A stretch of 63,996 nucleotides of DNA, filler included, from Octopus bimaculoides (Eukaryota), in the NCBI RefSeq assembly GCF_001194135.2. It is 3 parts of 2 records of this genome, joined end to end, with 100 filler letters (N's around TTAATTAATTAA, not from the genome) between each part and the next. Parts side by side here need not be neighbours in the genome. Positions count along the whole stretch, not along the records: positions 50,529 to 63,996 come from NC_068989.1; 2 more parts are not named here. One strand, given 5' to 3'. This document shows positions 50,946 to 63,128 of this stretch, piece after piece; position 1 is the first letter of the stretch; every line of letters starts with the position of its first letter. A program made the position numbers and the translations under genes. The notes beneath the pieces are model-generated. The model saw only the letters and a program-made list of their open reading frames with translations. It did not search any database and was not told the origin of the DNA.

Positions 50946-51846
50946 TTGAGACACAATTATGTATGCATGTATGTATATATGTATGTATTCAGTTTTTATC
51001 ATCTTCTCTTCTCCATTTTTCACGAATTTGTTGAGTNNNNNNNNNNNNNNNNNNNNNNNNNNNNNNNNNNNNNNNNNNNNNNNNNNNNNNNNNNNNNNNN
51101 NNNNNNNNNNNNNNNNNNNNNNNNNNNNNNNNNNNNNNNNNNNNNNNNNNNNNNNNNNNNNNNNNNNNNNNNNNNNNNNNNNNNNNNNNNNNNNNNNNNN
51201 NNNNNNNNNNNNNNNNNNNNNNNNNNNNNNNNNNNNNNNNNNNNNNNNNNNNNNNNNNNNNNNNNNNNNNNNNNNNNNNNNNNNNNNNNNNNNNNNNNNN
51301 NNNNNNNNNNNNNNNNNNNNNNNNNNNNNNNNNNNNNNNNNNNNNNNNNNNNNNNNNNNNNNNNNNNNNNNNNNNNNNNNNNNNNNNNNNNNNNNNNNNN
51401 NNNNNNNNNNNNNNNNNNNNNNNNNNNNNNNNNNNNNNNNNNNNNNNNNNNNNNNNNNNNNNNNNNNNNNNNNNNNNNNNNNNNNNNNNNNNNNNNNNNN
51501 NNNNNNNNNNNNNNNNNNNNNNNNNNNNNNNNNNNNNNNNNNNNNNNNNNNNNNNNNNNNNNNNNNNNNNNNNNNNNNNNNNNNNNNNNNNNNNNNNNNN
51601 NNNNNNNNNNNNNNNNNNNNNNNNNNNNNNNNNNNNNNNNNNNNNNNNNNNNNNNNNNNNNNNNNNNNNNNNNNNNNNNNNNNNNNNNNNNNNNNNNNNN
51701 NNNNNNNNNNNNNNNNNNNNNNNNNNNNNNNNNNNNNNNNNNNNNNNNNNNNNNNNNNNNNNNNNNNNNNNNNNNNNNNNNNNNNNNNNNNNNNNNNNNN
51801 NNNNNNNNNNNNNNNNNNNNNNNNNNCGTTCAGAGATTTATTATTG

Positions 51847-51954
<108 letters not shown>

Positions 51955-51992
51955 CATGTATGTTTGTACGTATATATATGTAGAGCGGGGGT

Positions 51993-53100
51993 AAATTCCA
52001 ATCCATTCTCCAGGAGTTTAATTTCTTCTTTGGATAATTTCTTAGCAGATAAATTTAGTATTTTCGGTATGCTTATGTGTTTGTTTTTTAATGTTTCGAG
52101 AAGATAGTGGAGGAGCAGAGAAGAATTAATACTCCCAAGAAATTATCGTATCAATGAAATAGCTTCGGAACCAAATGAAGAAACAAAGATTCGCCTCAGT
52201 TTAGCACTACAGAGATTCGATGCTGAAATCAAACTTTTAACCTTTGAATAACATACTCCCAAAATAAATTTGAAAATTGTGACACCCATATACATGAAGA
52301 ATTTAACAAAAGAAGCAGTGGATGTACCAAAAAACCAAAACATTCTAGATATGTAGAAAACCGACACCATCAAGGAGGAGACGAAGTCTAAGAGGATCTT
52401 GGAATCAAAAATCCTCTGGTCACAGGAATACAAAAACATCTATGGGAAAAACCACACAAAACCTAAACACCAACCTACTACGACAACGTTTAGACCTGAA
52501 AACAACGGCAAAAGGAAGGAAGTTTTCCCACAAAATAGACAACGATACCTCAGTACACTAAGAAATACAAATTTGCGATCATACGCAGATATAATAAGAA
52601 ACAAGAGAAGATAAAACCCCAACCAAAGAACAAATAGAACTCTCCAGAGACCAAATAAGTCAAAGACCCAAACGAGCCAAATGGAACAACAATAGAATAA
52701 TGAGTCAACACCATCCAGTCCAACAACCAAGATCATATTTACCCATGAATCCAACAACCAGCAACCAAGAGCATATTTACCTACGAATAATTAACCTAAA
52801 ATATTTACATACAGAAAAATACAGAATTCCCACATAAACACACCCGAATCCAGTGGAAACCATTTTTAAAGACAGATCTACCACTAAAAAAATTTTTTAA
52901 ATAGCAACATTCTTCCCATTAGACAACAAACACATAAGCAAACCGAAAATACTAAATTTATCCACTAGGAAATTATCCAAAGAAGAAATTAAACTTCTGG
53001 AAAATGGATTGAAATTTACACCCACTTTAAAACCCAACCAAGCTGAACCCATAAAAGACACAGAAGAATTTTTACCGAAAATGACTCTTGAGATTTACTG
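51993..53100 (+). mobile_element. Penelope-like element N-terminal fragment with an inverted 93-bp duplication
   Basis: KILNLSTRKLSKEEIKLLENGLKFTPT matches the PLE N-terminal motif; 51993-52085 is the reverse complement of 52925-53017. Confidence 0.7.
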
Positions 53101-53237
53101 TAAATATTATTTATTAAGATTAAAATAAAAATTATTCCNNNNNNNNNNNNNNNNNNNNNNNNNNNNNNNNNNNNNNNNNNNNNNNNNNNNNNNNNNNNNN
53201 NNNNNNNNNNNNNNNNNNNNNNNNNNNNNNNNNNNNN

Positions 53238-53286
<49 letters not shown>

Positions 53287-53295
53287 TATGTATAT

Positions 53296-54060
53296 AATTA
53301 CCCGGCGTTGCCAGGGTTAGCGCTGGTCTTATTCAGATTAGTATACAATAAATATCAAGATATATTTCTTTCCTCATAATTATTTCAAAATATGCATATT
53401 TTAATTTAAAATATCCAAATTGTAATGATAATAGAATTTCGAACTGAAAATCTGTCTATCTTGAAGCACCTCAGGGTAAACAATATTCATTGTATAACCT
53501 TTTTGTTGGTGTCCAGATGAATAAATTGTTGTTGCTTCCAACTCGTGGGAGAAGCATGTAGTAGAGAGATGAATTTCAACTACCTTGAGGGACTGACCTT
53601 CAGATTTGTTAATTGAAATACTAAAACTTAGTTTGACTGGGAACTGAAGCCTTTTAAATTCTAGTGGAACATCTATAGTTATGAGAGGAAATTTTGGAAT
53701 AAAGACATTTTCTCCTTTGTGACTACCTGATATGAGTGTTGCCTGTAGGACATGGGGCTTCATGGAAATAACAATTGAACGAGTTCTATTGCACAGGTGA
53801 GGTAGGTCAAGATTTCTAAGCAACATAATGGGAACATCCAGCTTTAGTGTGAAGTTATGCGGTGGCATCCCAGTGGGTTTAAATGTGTTTAGAAATTCAA
53901 CAGGCTATTGAACAGCCTGATCTTGATCGACTGTTGAGTGAATTGATGGAAAAGTCATTTCTGATGTATCTATCAACGTTTGAAGTCCCATTAGTTGGAA
54001 CCAGTATCGCTCTTTGACAGCCAGTTTACGTCAGTGTAATTAACAATCACACATACACTC
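53296..54060 (-). mobile_element. Second copy of the same Helitron derivative
   Basis: 155-codon helicase frame at 53401-53868; hairpin cccggcgttgccaggg at 53301-53316; CTAG absent, replaced by (TA)n. Confidence 0.88.
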
Positions 54061-54253
54061 TCACATACACTGACACAGACATACACTCTCACATACACTC
54101 ATATACATATACTAAGACAGACATACACAGGCATACGTTCACGTAACGAACTCTCAAACATATACACTCACAGTGATACTGATCGTTGTGGATATCCGTT
54201 AATTGGAACTTAATTGAGAGCTAATACGGTATCCTGCCGGATAATACATATAT

Positions 54254-54302
<49 letters not shown>

Positions 54303-54312
54303 GTATGTATAA

Positions 54313-54672
54313 TCTCACTCGTTTCAGCCACTAAACTGCGACTACGTTAGTGCATCGCCATGATGGGTTTTAGTCGGAAAAATCGACCCAATATTTTTTT
54401 TTTCAAAGCCAGTCCCTTACTCATTAACGAAGCGTTAATTTATAGGAACATAAATAAACCAACACCGGTTGTCAAGCAGAGGTGTGGAACAAACACAAAC
54501 ACAAAAAAACACACACACATACACACGTACACTGACACATATACCGTTTCTATCTACCAAATCCTCTCATATGTCTTTGACCGACGTGATGCTACAGTAC
54601 AACGTAGTGGGACTTTAATCTAGAACCATGTAGTCTGGAAGCAAGCGTCTTACCACACAGCCACGCCTGCGC
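54313..54672 (-). mobile_element. Degenerate family A SINE
   Basis: Head cttaccacacagccacgcctgcgc and tail homology. Confidence 0.75.
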
Positions 54673-56304
54673 GTATTTATATACACACGCTTGTATTAAG
54701 GATTCCAGTTAATTGCACCATTGCTTCATCGCTATATTAAAATGCCTGTTCACTTGGCAAAATCAGAGAAAAGAGATTAAGAATATGGCCACAAGCTGCT
54801 AATCGGAACAATTAGTGCTTGATTAGCGCGCGTGTAATGTTTAATAGAAGCCATTACTGAAGAGGCTAAAATTACGCTACTTGCATTTAAATACTGAATA
54901 TTCATTATGTCAAATTTAGTAGCCGAAAAGTGACGGCTTTTTCAGTCTTTAAGTGTATGTATTTCTTGAAATTTCTCGAAAGAAATCTTGGACTGTACGC
55001 GGGCAAGAAACAAGAATGTGTGTGTAGTTGAATAGTACGATTTAGAACCATATAAGAATATATAATAGTATGTACATTTGTACATGTGTGTGTGTGTGCA
55101 CGCGCGCACACGTATGTAGTTATAGATATATGCGTTTTCATGTGGGTATACAGCATTTAGTAAACGAAATCAAGTCACGTTATATACCATCATTTCGACA
55201 TCTGATGAGTGGTACGCTCGACATCTACACCGGCAATGAGCAGCTCAAAATCATCTGCGCAAGCTGATCAGCAACAGAACGTAGATTCTCTGTCGTATAT
55301 TACAGGCGTGCCCGTGAGATCTATATATATATNNNNNNNNNNNNNNNNNNNNNNNNNNNNNNNNNNNNNNNNNNNNNNNNNNNNNNNNNNNNNNNNNNNN
55401 NNNNNNNNNNNNNNNNNNNNNNNNNNNNNNNNNNNNNNNNNNNNNNNNNNNNNNNNNNNNNNNNNNNNNNNNNNNNNNNNNNNNNNNNNNNNNNNNNNNN
55501 NNNNNNNNNNNNNNNNNNNNNNNNNNNNNNNNNNNNNNNNNNNNNNNNNNNNNNNNNNNNNNNNNNNNNNNNNNNNNNNNNNNNNNNNNNNNNNNNNNNN
55601 NNNNNNNNNNNNNNNNNNNNNNNNNNNNNNNNNNNNNNNNNNNNNNNNNNNNNNNNNNNNNNNNNNNNNNNNNNNNNNNNNNNNNNNNNNNNNNNNNNNN
55701 NNNNNNNNNNNNNNNNNNNNNNNNNNNNNNNNNNNNNNNNNNNNNNNNNNNNNNNNNNNNNNNNNNNNNNNNNNNNNNNNNNNNNNNNNNNNNNNNNNNN
55801 NNNNNTATATATATACATATACATATATATTTAAAAAGCAGCAAAAATATCACAAACAATATCAGAGTTCCATGTTCCCTTTCGTTGGGCTGTTTTGTTT
55901 AGTATGGAACAAAAGTAAGGTTATAAGCAGACATATACAATTAGTTTAATGGATACACATTTGACAATGGCTTTGTTTCGTTGGTCCTTTCAACTAAGGG
56001 TCTTTACAATGATCGATGGCATATAATGAACATATTTCGGTATAAAAGTATATTATTATAAAATAGCTTATAATGAACAGTCTAAATTCCCAGGTTGAAT
56101 AATTATTTGTAAAATATTAATCAATTAAAAGTTATAACCGTTTAAAAAATGTTTCACGTTGGATTACATATACATTCAGCAGTAAATGCACATGCCAAAC
56201 CATCTATAATATACATATATACACTAAAACATACAGACACATGTCTATATACAGACATATATAGGCAAGACATAAATATATATACAAATGCATACATACA
56301 CACA

Positions 56305-56356
<52 letters not shown>

Positions 56357-56856
56357 TTTCTAATAATTGGTTATTAATTTCGCTATCCCTGAGCGAAATT
56401 ATATTCATACGAACATGTGTGAGTGTGCGTGTGTCTGTCTGTCCGTCTATCTCTTTATATGTGTGCGTATATCTGTGTGAGTGTATGTATGTATGTGTTT
56501 TTGTCTACAAGAAACTATAAAATATCAGTCAATGAATTTTGATGTGCATTTCCCGTCATAGGTCTTTAGTTCTTCGTTCAAATAAAATTAATTCATATTT
56601 ATATTTATGTATAAACCTTATACGCAGCGTTTTTTATTTCTTCCTGGATTTATTTATTATGTAAATGCATAACAACATTAATTAGGGACTTTAGCTGTCT
56701 TAAAGCAGTCTCTTAATCAAAGATATTTCCAAACTCAAACTACTTAATGATGTCTCGACTTCTGTTTTCGTTCGGTTGAAGATCTTAAGGGGAATGTTAT
56801 CTCTATCACGCTATATAAAGCTGGTTGGTTAACCTATGCTTCTCTTATTACTCTGG

Positions 56857-56892
56857 TTGAAGAGACAAGAAACTAACTTGTCGAAACTATTC
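56857..56892 (+). ncRNA. Degenerate hammerhead-like motif
   Basis: TTGAAGA GACAAG aaactaa CTTGTC GAAAC TA TTC: perfect 6-bp stem II, but C3 is T and the triplet no longer pairs. Confidence 0.4.
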
Positions 56893-57198
56893 ATGGGCAC
56901 GGAATTTATAAGGTATTCACCACGGTTGTGGCTTTCACTTCCCTTTTATTTTTGTGTCATAGATGATAGTCTTGTCTTCGAAATTATTAAATATTTCATG
57001 AAGCATTTTTAATAAATTTGCCTCAGTGTTTTTATGAATTAAGAAGGGGCTTTCAAATAGGTTAGATTTGTATAAAAACACCTTAGAGTCAAGGTTATAC
57101 AATTCTCGTTCTGAGTCGGTCATAATTGCAACTAGGTTCTAGTCATATGGACCCCGGCTGAGAACCACTCATGTAAAAGTTAGGGAAAGAAACCTAGC

Positions 57199-57421
57199 TA
57201 CTCTTTTACTCTTTTACTCTTTTACTTGTTTCAGTCATCTGACTGCGGCCATGCTGGAGCACCGCCTTTAGTCGAGCAAATCGACCCCAGGACTTATTCT
57301 TTGGAAGCCTAGTACCTATTCTAGCGGTCTCTTTTGCCGAACCGCTAAGTTACGGGGACGTAAACACACCACCATCGGTTGTCAAGCGACGTTGGGGGAC
57401 AACACAGACACACAAACATAT

Positions 57422-57470
<49 letters not shown>

Positions 57471-57635
57471 TACGACGGGCTTCTTTCAGTTTCCGTCTAC
57501 CAAATCCACTCACAAGGCTTTGGTCGGCCCGAGGCTATAGTAGAAGACACTTGCCCAAGGTGCCACGCAGTGGGACTGAACCCGGAACCATGTGGCTGGT
57601 AAGCAGTCTACTTACCACACAGCCACTCCTGCGCC
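57199..57635 (-). mobile_element. Young full-length family A SINE immediately downstream of tRNA-Gln
   Basis: Complete ggcgcaggagtggctgtgtggtaag head through (AAAAGAGT)3 tail. Confidence 0.92.
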
Positions 57636-57657
57636 TAAAAATGTAGGAGCGATAATT

Positions 57658-57729
57658 AGGTTCTACCGAGATATGAACTCGGATCGCTGGATTCAGAGTC
57701 CAGAGTGCTAACCATTACACAATAGAAGT
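57658..57729 (-). tRNA. tRNA-Gln(CTG), probably a pseudogene or variant
   Basis: 72 nt matching metazoan tRNA-Gln with intact D arm and CTG anticodon arm (57694-57696); positions 1-2 are AC rather than GG and the T loop reads TTCATAT; TTTTT terminator at 57637-57641. Confidence 0.85.
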
Positions 57730-58597
57730 TTTTGCAATAAATACAAAATTTCTTCAGGACACTGAAATTAATACAGTGCACCCATTTTACTATTTTGTTT
57801 GCATGGACCCCACCAAAATCTACTCTAGGTCAAATAGCAACCACATTTCCCTCAACATAAATCTAGTTGTCTTCAGAAAAATATGTCTCATTAATAAATG
57901 TAGGCTTAAATACATTACGCCTGAAAAGAAAGACAAGATGGGTAATGCTGGAACTTCTTTGATGTTAGGTCATTTCAACCCGGGTTGACCTTGTAGCTAA
58001 TCATAATCAAAAACAACATTAAGTAGTTCTTATCAATAGTTTTTGATTAATTAATCACATTCTAAAATGATAAGATTACTGAATCTAATCTATTTATGAT
58101 TGTATATTAATTATTTCTGATTTAAATACAATGTCAGCAATTTTGAGGAGAGGGCTTAGTCTTTTTTATCGACTCTAGTATTAAAGCAATACTTCATTTC
58201 ATCGATTTTGGAGGGACGAAAGGTGAAGCTAACCTCGTAGGGATTTCAATTCAGAACGTAAAAGAGCTGGGTCATATACCGTATGACATTCTGTCCGAAG
58301 CTCTAATGGCTTTCCTAAACTGCCAACCAAGTGAGTGGAATATATAATTCATTCTGATTTAGGTACAAGGTCAGCAAATTTAAGGAAAAGGGGTTAGTCG
58401 ATGCTATCCACCCCAGTGTTTCACAAGAACTTTACATTATTAACTCTGTAAGGATGAAAAGCAAATTGGACCAAACCCGGAAGAAATTTCACGCTCTACT
58501 GATTCTGCCAGCTCACCGATTTGTGAATATATAAATAAATGAACTGCTCATAGCTATTCTCTTTCTTAACTGGAATTTAAGGCTATAATCTTTTATA

Positions 58598-59135
58598 TTG
58601 TTACTTGTTCCAGTCATTATACTGTGGCCATTCTGGGGCACCGCCTGGAAGAATTTTTAGCCAAACGAAACGACCCATTTTTAAAACTTGGTACTTATTC
58701 TATCAGAATCTTTTGCTGACCCACTTATTTACGGGGTAAACTGACCGTTTAGGACCGGTTAGTTATAGGGGCGTAAATACACCAACATTGGTTATCAAGC
58801 AGTGGTGGAAAATAAACAACTACATACACACACACACATGCGCGCGGATATATGAGAAACCGTTAATGCCTACACGTTTTTTCTTTCTCCGTTTTTTTCT
58901 CTTTCTCTCTCTTTTTCTATTATTGTTGATGTTATGTATATGTTTGTCTGCCACCATCGCTTGACAACCGGTGTTGGTATGTTTACGCTGCCATAATTTA
59001 CCGGTTCGGCAAAAAAGAAACACCGACAGAATAAGTACCAGGCTTTAAAAAATAAGCCCCGGGCTGAATTCATTCCACTAAAAAATTCTTCAAGGCGATG
59101 CCCCAGCATGGTCACAGTCTAATGACTGAAATAAG
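58598..59135. mobile_element. Two family A SINE 3-prime halves in inverted orientation
   Basis: 58598-58830 (-) and 58945-59135 (+). Confidence 0.7.
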
Positions 59136-59599
59136 CAACATTAGCAGTAGCAGCGGCAACAACAGCAGCAGCAACAACAACATCATCGACAATGACTTCA
59201 CTAAGAGCAACAACAACAAAGTCAGTTAATATATTCCCTCCTCACCTTATATTCTAAGATGGTAGATTGCGATTTGAGGGGAGTTTGGGTTCTATTTCCA
59301 GCAGATGGAACAGCACTATTGACGCACTCTCGTTGATATATATANNNNNNNNNNNNNNNNNNNNNNNNNNNNNNNNNNNNNNNNNNNNNNNNNNNNNNNN
59401 NNNNNNNNNNNNNNNNNNNNNNNNNNNNNNNNNNNNNNNNNNNNNNNNNNNNNNNNNNNNNNNNNNNNNNNNNNNNNNNNNNNNNNNNNNNNNNNNNNNN
59501 NNNNNNNNNNNNTATGTATGTATATATATATACATATAATACATAGAATATATATGCATGTATGCACACATATATGTACATACTTACATCTACATGTGT

Positions 59600-59790
59600 A
59601 TATGGATGCATATCAGGGTACAGGACGTTAGAACAATGAACTACAGACAACGGAACGAACACATAGGAAAACAGAAAGCCACTTGGAATTATTCCTTCAT
59701 CAGCTGCCTCTATTCTAACTCGACGTTTCGAAGTTAAGGCAGAACGTACTCTAGAATAGTCTCTTCCTGAGTGGTTGATCAACCCAATAT
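59600..59790 (-). mobile_element. Putative PLE terminal remnant with decayed hammerhead cores
   Basis: cttcGAAACGTCgagt...gcagCTGATGAAGGAATAATTCC. Confidence 0.45.
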
Positions 59791-61379
59791 ATATATATAT
59801 ATATAAAGTTTTATTGATCTTTAATGCAACAAAAAATGACAAACCGTTCCATGCTTTGCTTGGTATTTATTAGTTTATCATTATTTTATATGTTCATATA
59901 TATTATTCTAAGATGGTGGGTTGCGATTTAAGGGAAGTTTGGGTGCTATTTCCAGCAGATGGAACTGCATTATTGACGCATTCTCGTTGATTCCTTTCGG
60001 GTATGTTTCGTTGGCTGAGAAATGTACAAATGGGGAAGTTGCCTGAGAATGACGATCGGCAGAAGAAGAGTAAGAATCAAGATGTAATATCTGTAGTGAA
60101 TCTCTTGGTTGCTACACCTGGGTTTATGTAGAAAGGGGTGGCCAACCAACCGGCTAATTATAAGACCATTCATGTTATGTAGGGGTGGGGAGAAAATATA
60201 TTAATTATACATTAGCATGATTAGAAAGACAAAGATAATGTTAAAATGTATGCTACCCCATGTTCACCATACCAGGTTGACACCCTGCTGACATCACTAC
60301 CACCGCACTAACACCCTTTTGACACCTTACTAACTGTTTTACTACAACCGCACTACGCCCCACCGCGCATCACTCATTCTTATTATACTGACCCACCACC
60401 ACTATTGATTCTACACATCGCTGACGCCTTATAGTCAATCACTCTACTGGCACAGTGCTACCTCACTCTTGCGTTACTTCGCACCCAACACTACCGGAAG
60501 GTGAGAGAAAGGCGGAGAGAGAGAGAGAGAGAGAGAGANNNNNNNNNNNNNNNNNNNNNNNNNNNNNNNNNNNNNNNNNNNNNNNNNNNNNNNNNNNNNN
60601 NNNNNNNNNNNNNNNNNNNNNNNNNNNNNNNNNNNNNNNNNNNNNNNNNNNNNNNNNNNNNNNNNNNNNNNNNNNNNNNNNNNNNNNNNNNNNNNNNNNN
60701 NNNNNNNNNNNNNNNNNNNNNNNNNNNNNNNNNNNNNNNNNNNNNNNNNNNNNNNNNNNNNNNNNNNNNNNNNNNNNNNNNNNNNNNNNNNNNNNNNNNN
60801 NNNNNNNNNNNNNNNNNNNNNNNNNNNNNNNNNNNNNNNNNNNNNNNNNNNNNNNNNNNNNNNNNNNNNNNNNNNNNNNNNNNNNNNNNNNNNNNNNNNN
60901 NNNNNNNNNNNNNNNNNNNNNNNNNNNNNNNNNNNNNNNNNNNNNNNNNNNNNNNNNNNNNNNNNNNNNNNNNNNNNNNNNNNNNNNNNNNNNNNNNNNN
61001 NNNNNNNNNNNNNNNNNNNNNNNNNNNNNNNNNNNNNNNNNNNNNNNNNNNNNNNNNNNNNNNNNNNNNNNNNNNNNNNNNNNNNNNNNNNNNNNNNNNN
61101 NNNNNNNNNNNNNNNNNNNNNNNNNNNNNNNNNNNNNNNNNNNNNNNNNNNNNNNNNNNNNNNNNNNNNNNNNNNNNNNNNNNNNNNNNNNNNNNNNNNN
61201 NNNNNNNNNNNNNNNNNNNNNNNNNNNNNNNNNNNNNNNNNNNNNNNNNNNNNNNNNNNNNNNNNNNNNNNNNNNNNNNNNNNNNNNNNNNNNNNNNNNN
61301 NNNNNNNNNNNNNNNNNNNNNNNNNNNNNNNNNNNNNNNNNNNNNNNTAAGTACCTTCTCTCTTTTTGTCTCTTTTTGT

Positions 61380-61640
61380 TACAAGTCTATGCTTAAAATG
61401 GTGTCGTCTTTCATTCTTACCATTCTTGCCACATTTACCCATTTTTTATTGAAACTTTCATTCGACAACACTTTCCTCTCTATCCTCATCCTCCTTTTCA
61501 AGTGGTACTTGAAAAAGTTGACGAGGGACTGACCAGAGAGGAAAGTGTTTGTTTGTAGACCTTTCAAACGCGTCCACCACACGCATTCTTTTGCCATAGC
61601 TATCAGTGTTACAAAAACCGTTTTTCCTTCCCGTTTAAAG
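61380..61640 (-). mobile_element. Tx1/L1-like LINE ORF2 C-terminus
   Basis: AMAKECVWWTRLKG...FFKYHLKRRMRIER...FNKKW is typical of Tx1-clade ORF2 ends. Confidence 0.6.
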
Positions 61641-62057
61641 GAAGGTGGCGGAACAATATTCACGATAGATAGATAGATGAATAGATAGATAAAAAGTGAA
61701 ATAAGGAGAAAACAGATTGTCAATCTTTGAAAAGAAAGAGGGTGGTCATACATTTCATGGGGTGAAAAGTAAATTGAGGGAGTGGTTAGTTAGGTGGAGG
61801 GGTAGAAGGGACTAAAGATTAAAAGAGAAAGGATAGAGAGTAAGAGAGAAGGAGGTTCACAAGGAAGGGGTGTAGGCAGAGAGATAGGAGGGTGGGGCTA
61901 TACGGTGAGGTCGGTGATTGTAGGGAGGGCTTATAATGAAAAGGAATGGCTGAGAGAACATAAGAAGTGGGTTGCGGGAAGTGGGCATGTTGGGGTTTAT
62001 TTGTGAATAACGAACAAATAGGGGAGACAACTACAACAATAATAACGNNNNNNNNNN

Positions 62058-62091
<34 letters not shown>

Positions 62092-62809
62092 TAATAGTAA
62101 TAACAATTTGAAATACAATAATGAAAATAAAAACAACAAAAAATACCGCTTATGGCAATAACAACAATGGCAACTACAAAGGCTGGCGCAATAATTAATT
62201 ACAACAAATAAAAAGAAAGACAAAAGAAACTCTAAGAACACCATGACCAACACCGCCACCACCAACAACAGTAACAACAACAACAATGACCATAACAAAA
62301 ACAAAACCAGCGAGACAGTAAAAGGTGACAGAGGGGTTGTTTATGGGTATTAGGGTCGTGACAGGTTTTGACATAAACANNNNNNNNNNNNNNNNNNNNN
62401 NNNNNNNNNNNNNNNNNNNNNNNNNNNNNNNNNNNNNNNNNNNNNNNNNNNNNNNNNNNNNNNNNNNNNNNNNNNNNNNNNNNNNNNNNNNNNNNNNNNN
62501 NNNNNNNNNNNNNNNNNNNNNNNNNNNNNNNNNNNNNNNNNNNNNNNNNNNNNNNNNNNNNNNNNNNNNNNNNNNNNNNNNNNNNNNNNNNNNNNNNNNN
62601 NNNNNNNNNNNNNNNNNNNNNNNNNNNNNNNNNNNNNNNNNNNNNNNNNNNNNNNNNNNNNNNNNNNNNNNNNNNNNNNNNNNNNNNNNNNNNNNNNNNN
62701 NNNNNNNNNNNNNNNNNNNNNNNNNNNNNNNNNNNNNNNNNNNNNNNNNNNNNNNNNNNNNNNNNNNNNNNNNNNNNNNNNNNNNNNNNNNNNNNNNNNN
62801 NNNNNNNNA

Positions 62810-63128
62810 AAGGCAAAGTCGACCTCGGCGGAATTTGAACTCAGAACATAAAGACAGACGAAATACCGCTAAGCATTTCGCTCGGCGTAGTAACGTTTCT
62901 TATTTCTTTATTGCCCACAAGGGGCTAAACATAGAGGGGACAAACAAGGACAGACAAAGGTATTAAGTCGATTACATCGGCTCCAGTGCGTAACTGGTAC
63001 TTAATTTATCGACCCCGAAAGGATGAAAGGCGAAGTCGACCTCGGCGGAATTTGAACTCAGAACGTAAAGACAAACGAAATACCGCTAAGCATTTCGCCC
63101 GGCGTGCTAACGATTCTGCCAGTTCTCT
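62810..63128 (-). mobile_element. Two tandem or nested family B SINEs
   Basis: 62895-63128 full copy; 62810-62895 second copy lacking its first ~20 nt. Confidence 0.88.

Noticed and set aside
55202-55225. CTGATGAG...CTCGAC hammerhead-like string
   Set aside because: GACA in place of GAAA and no proper stem II.
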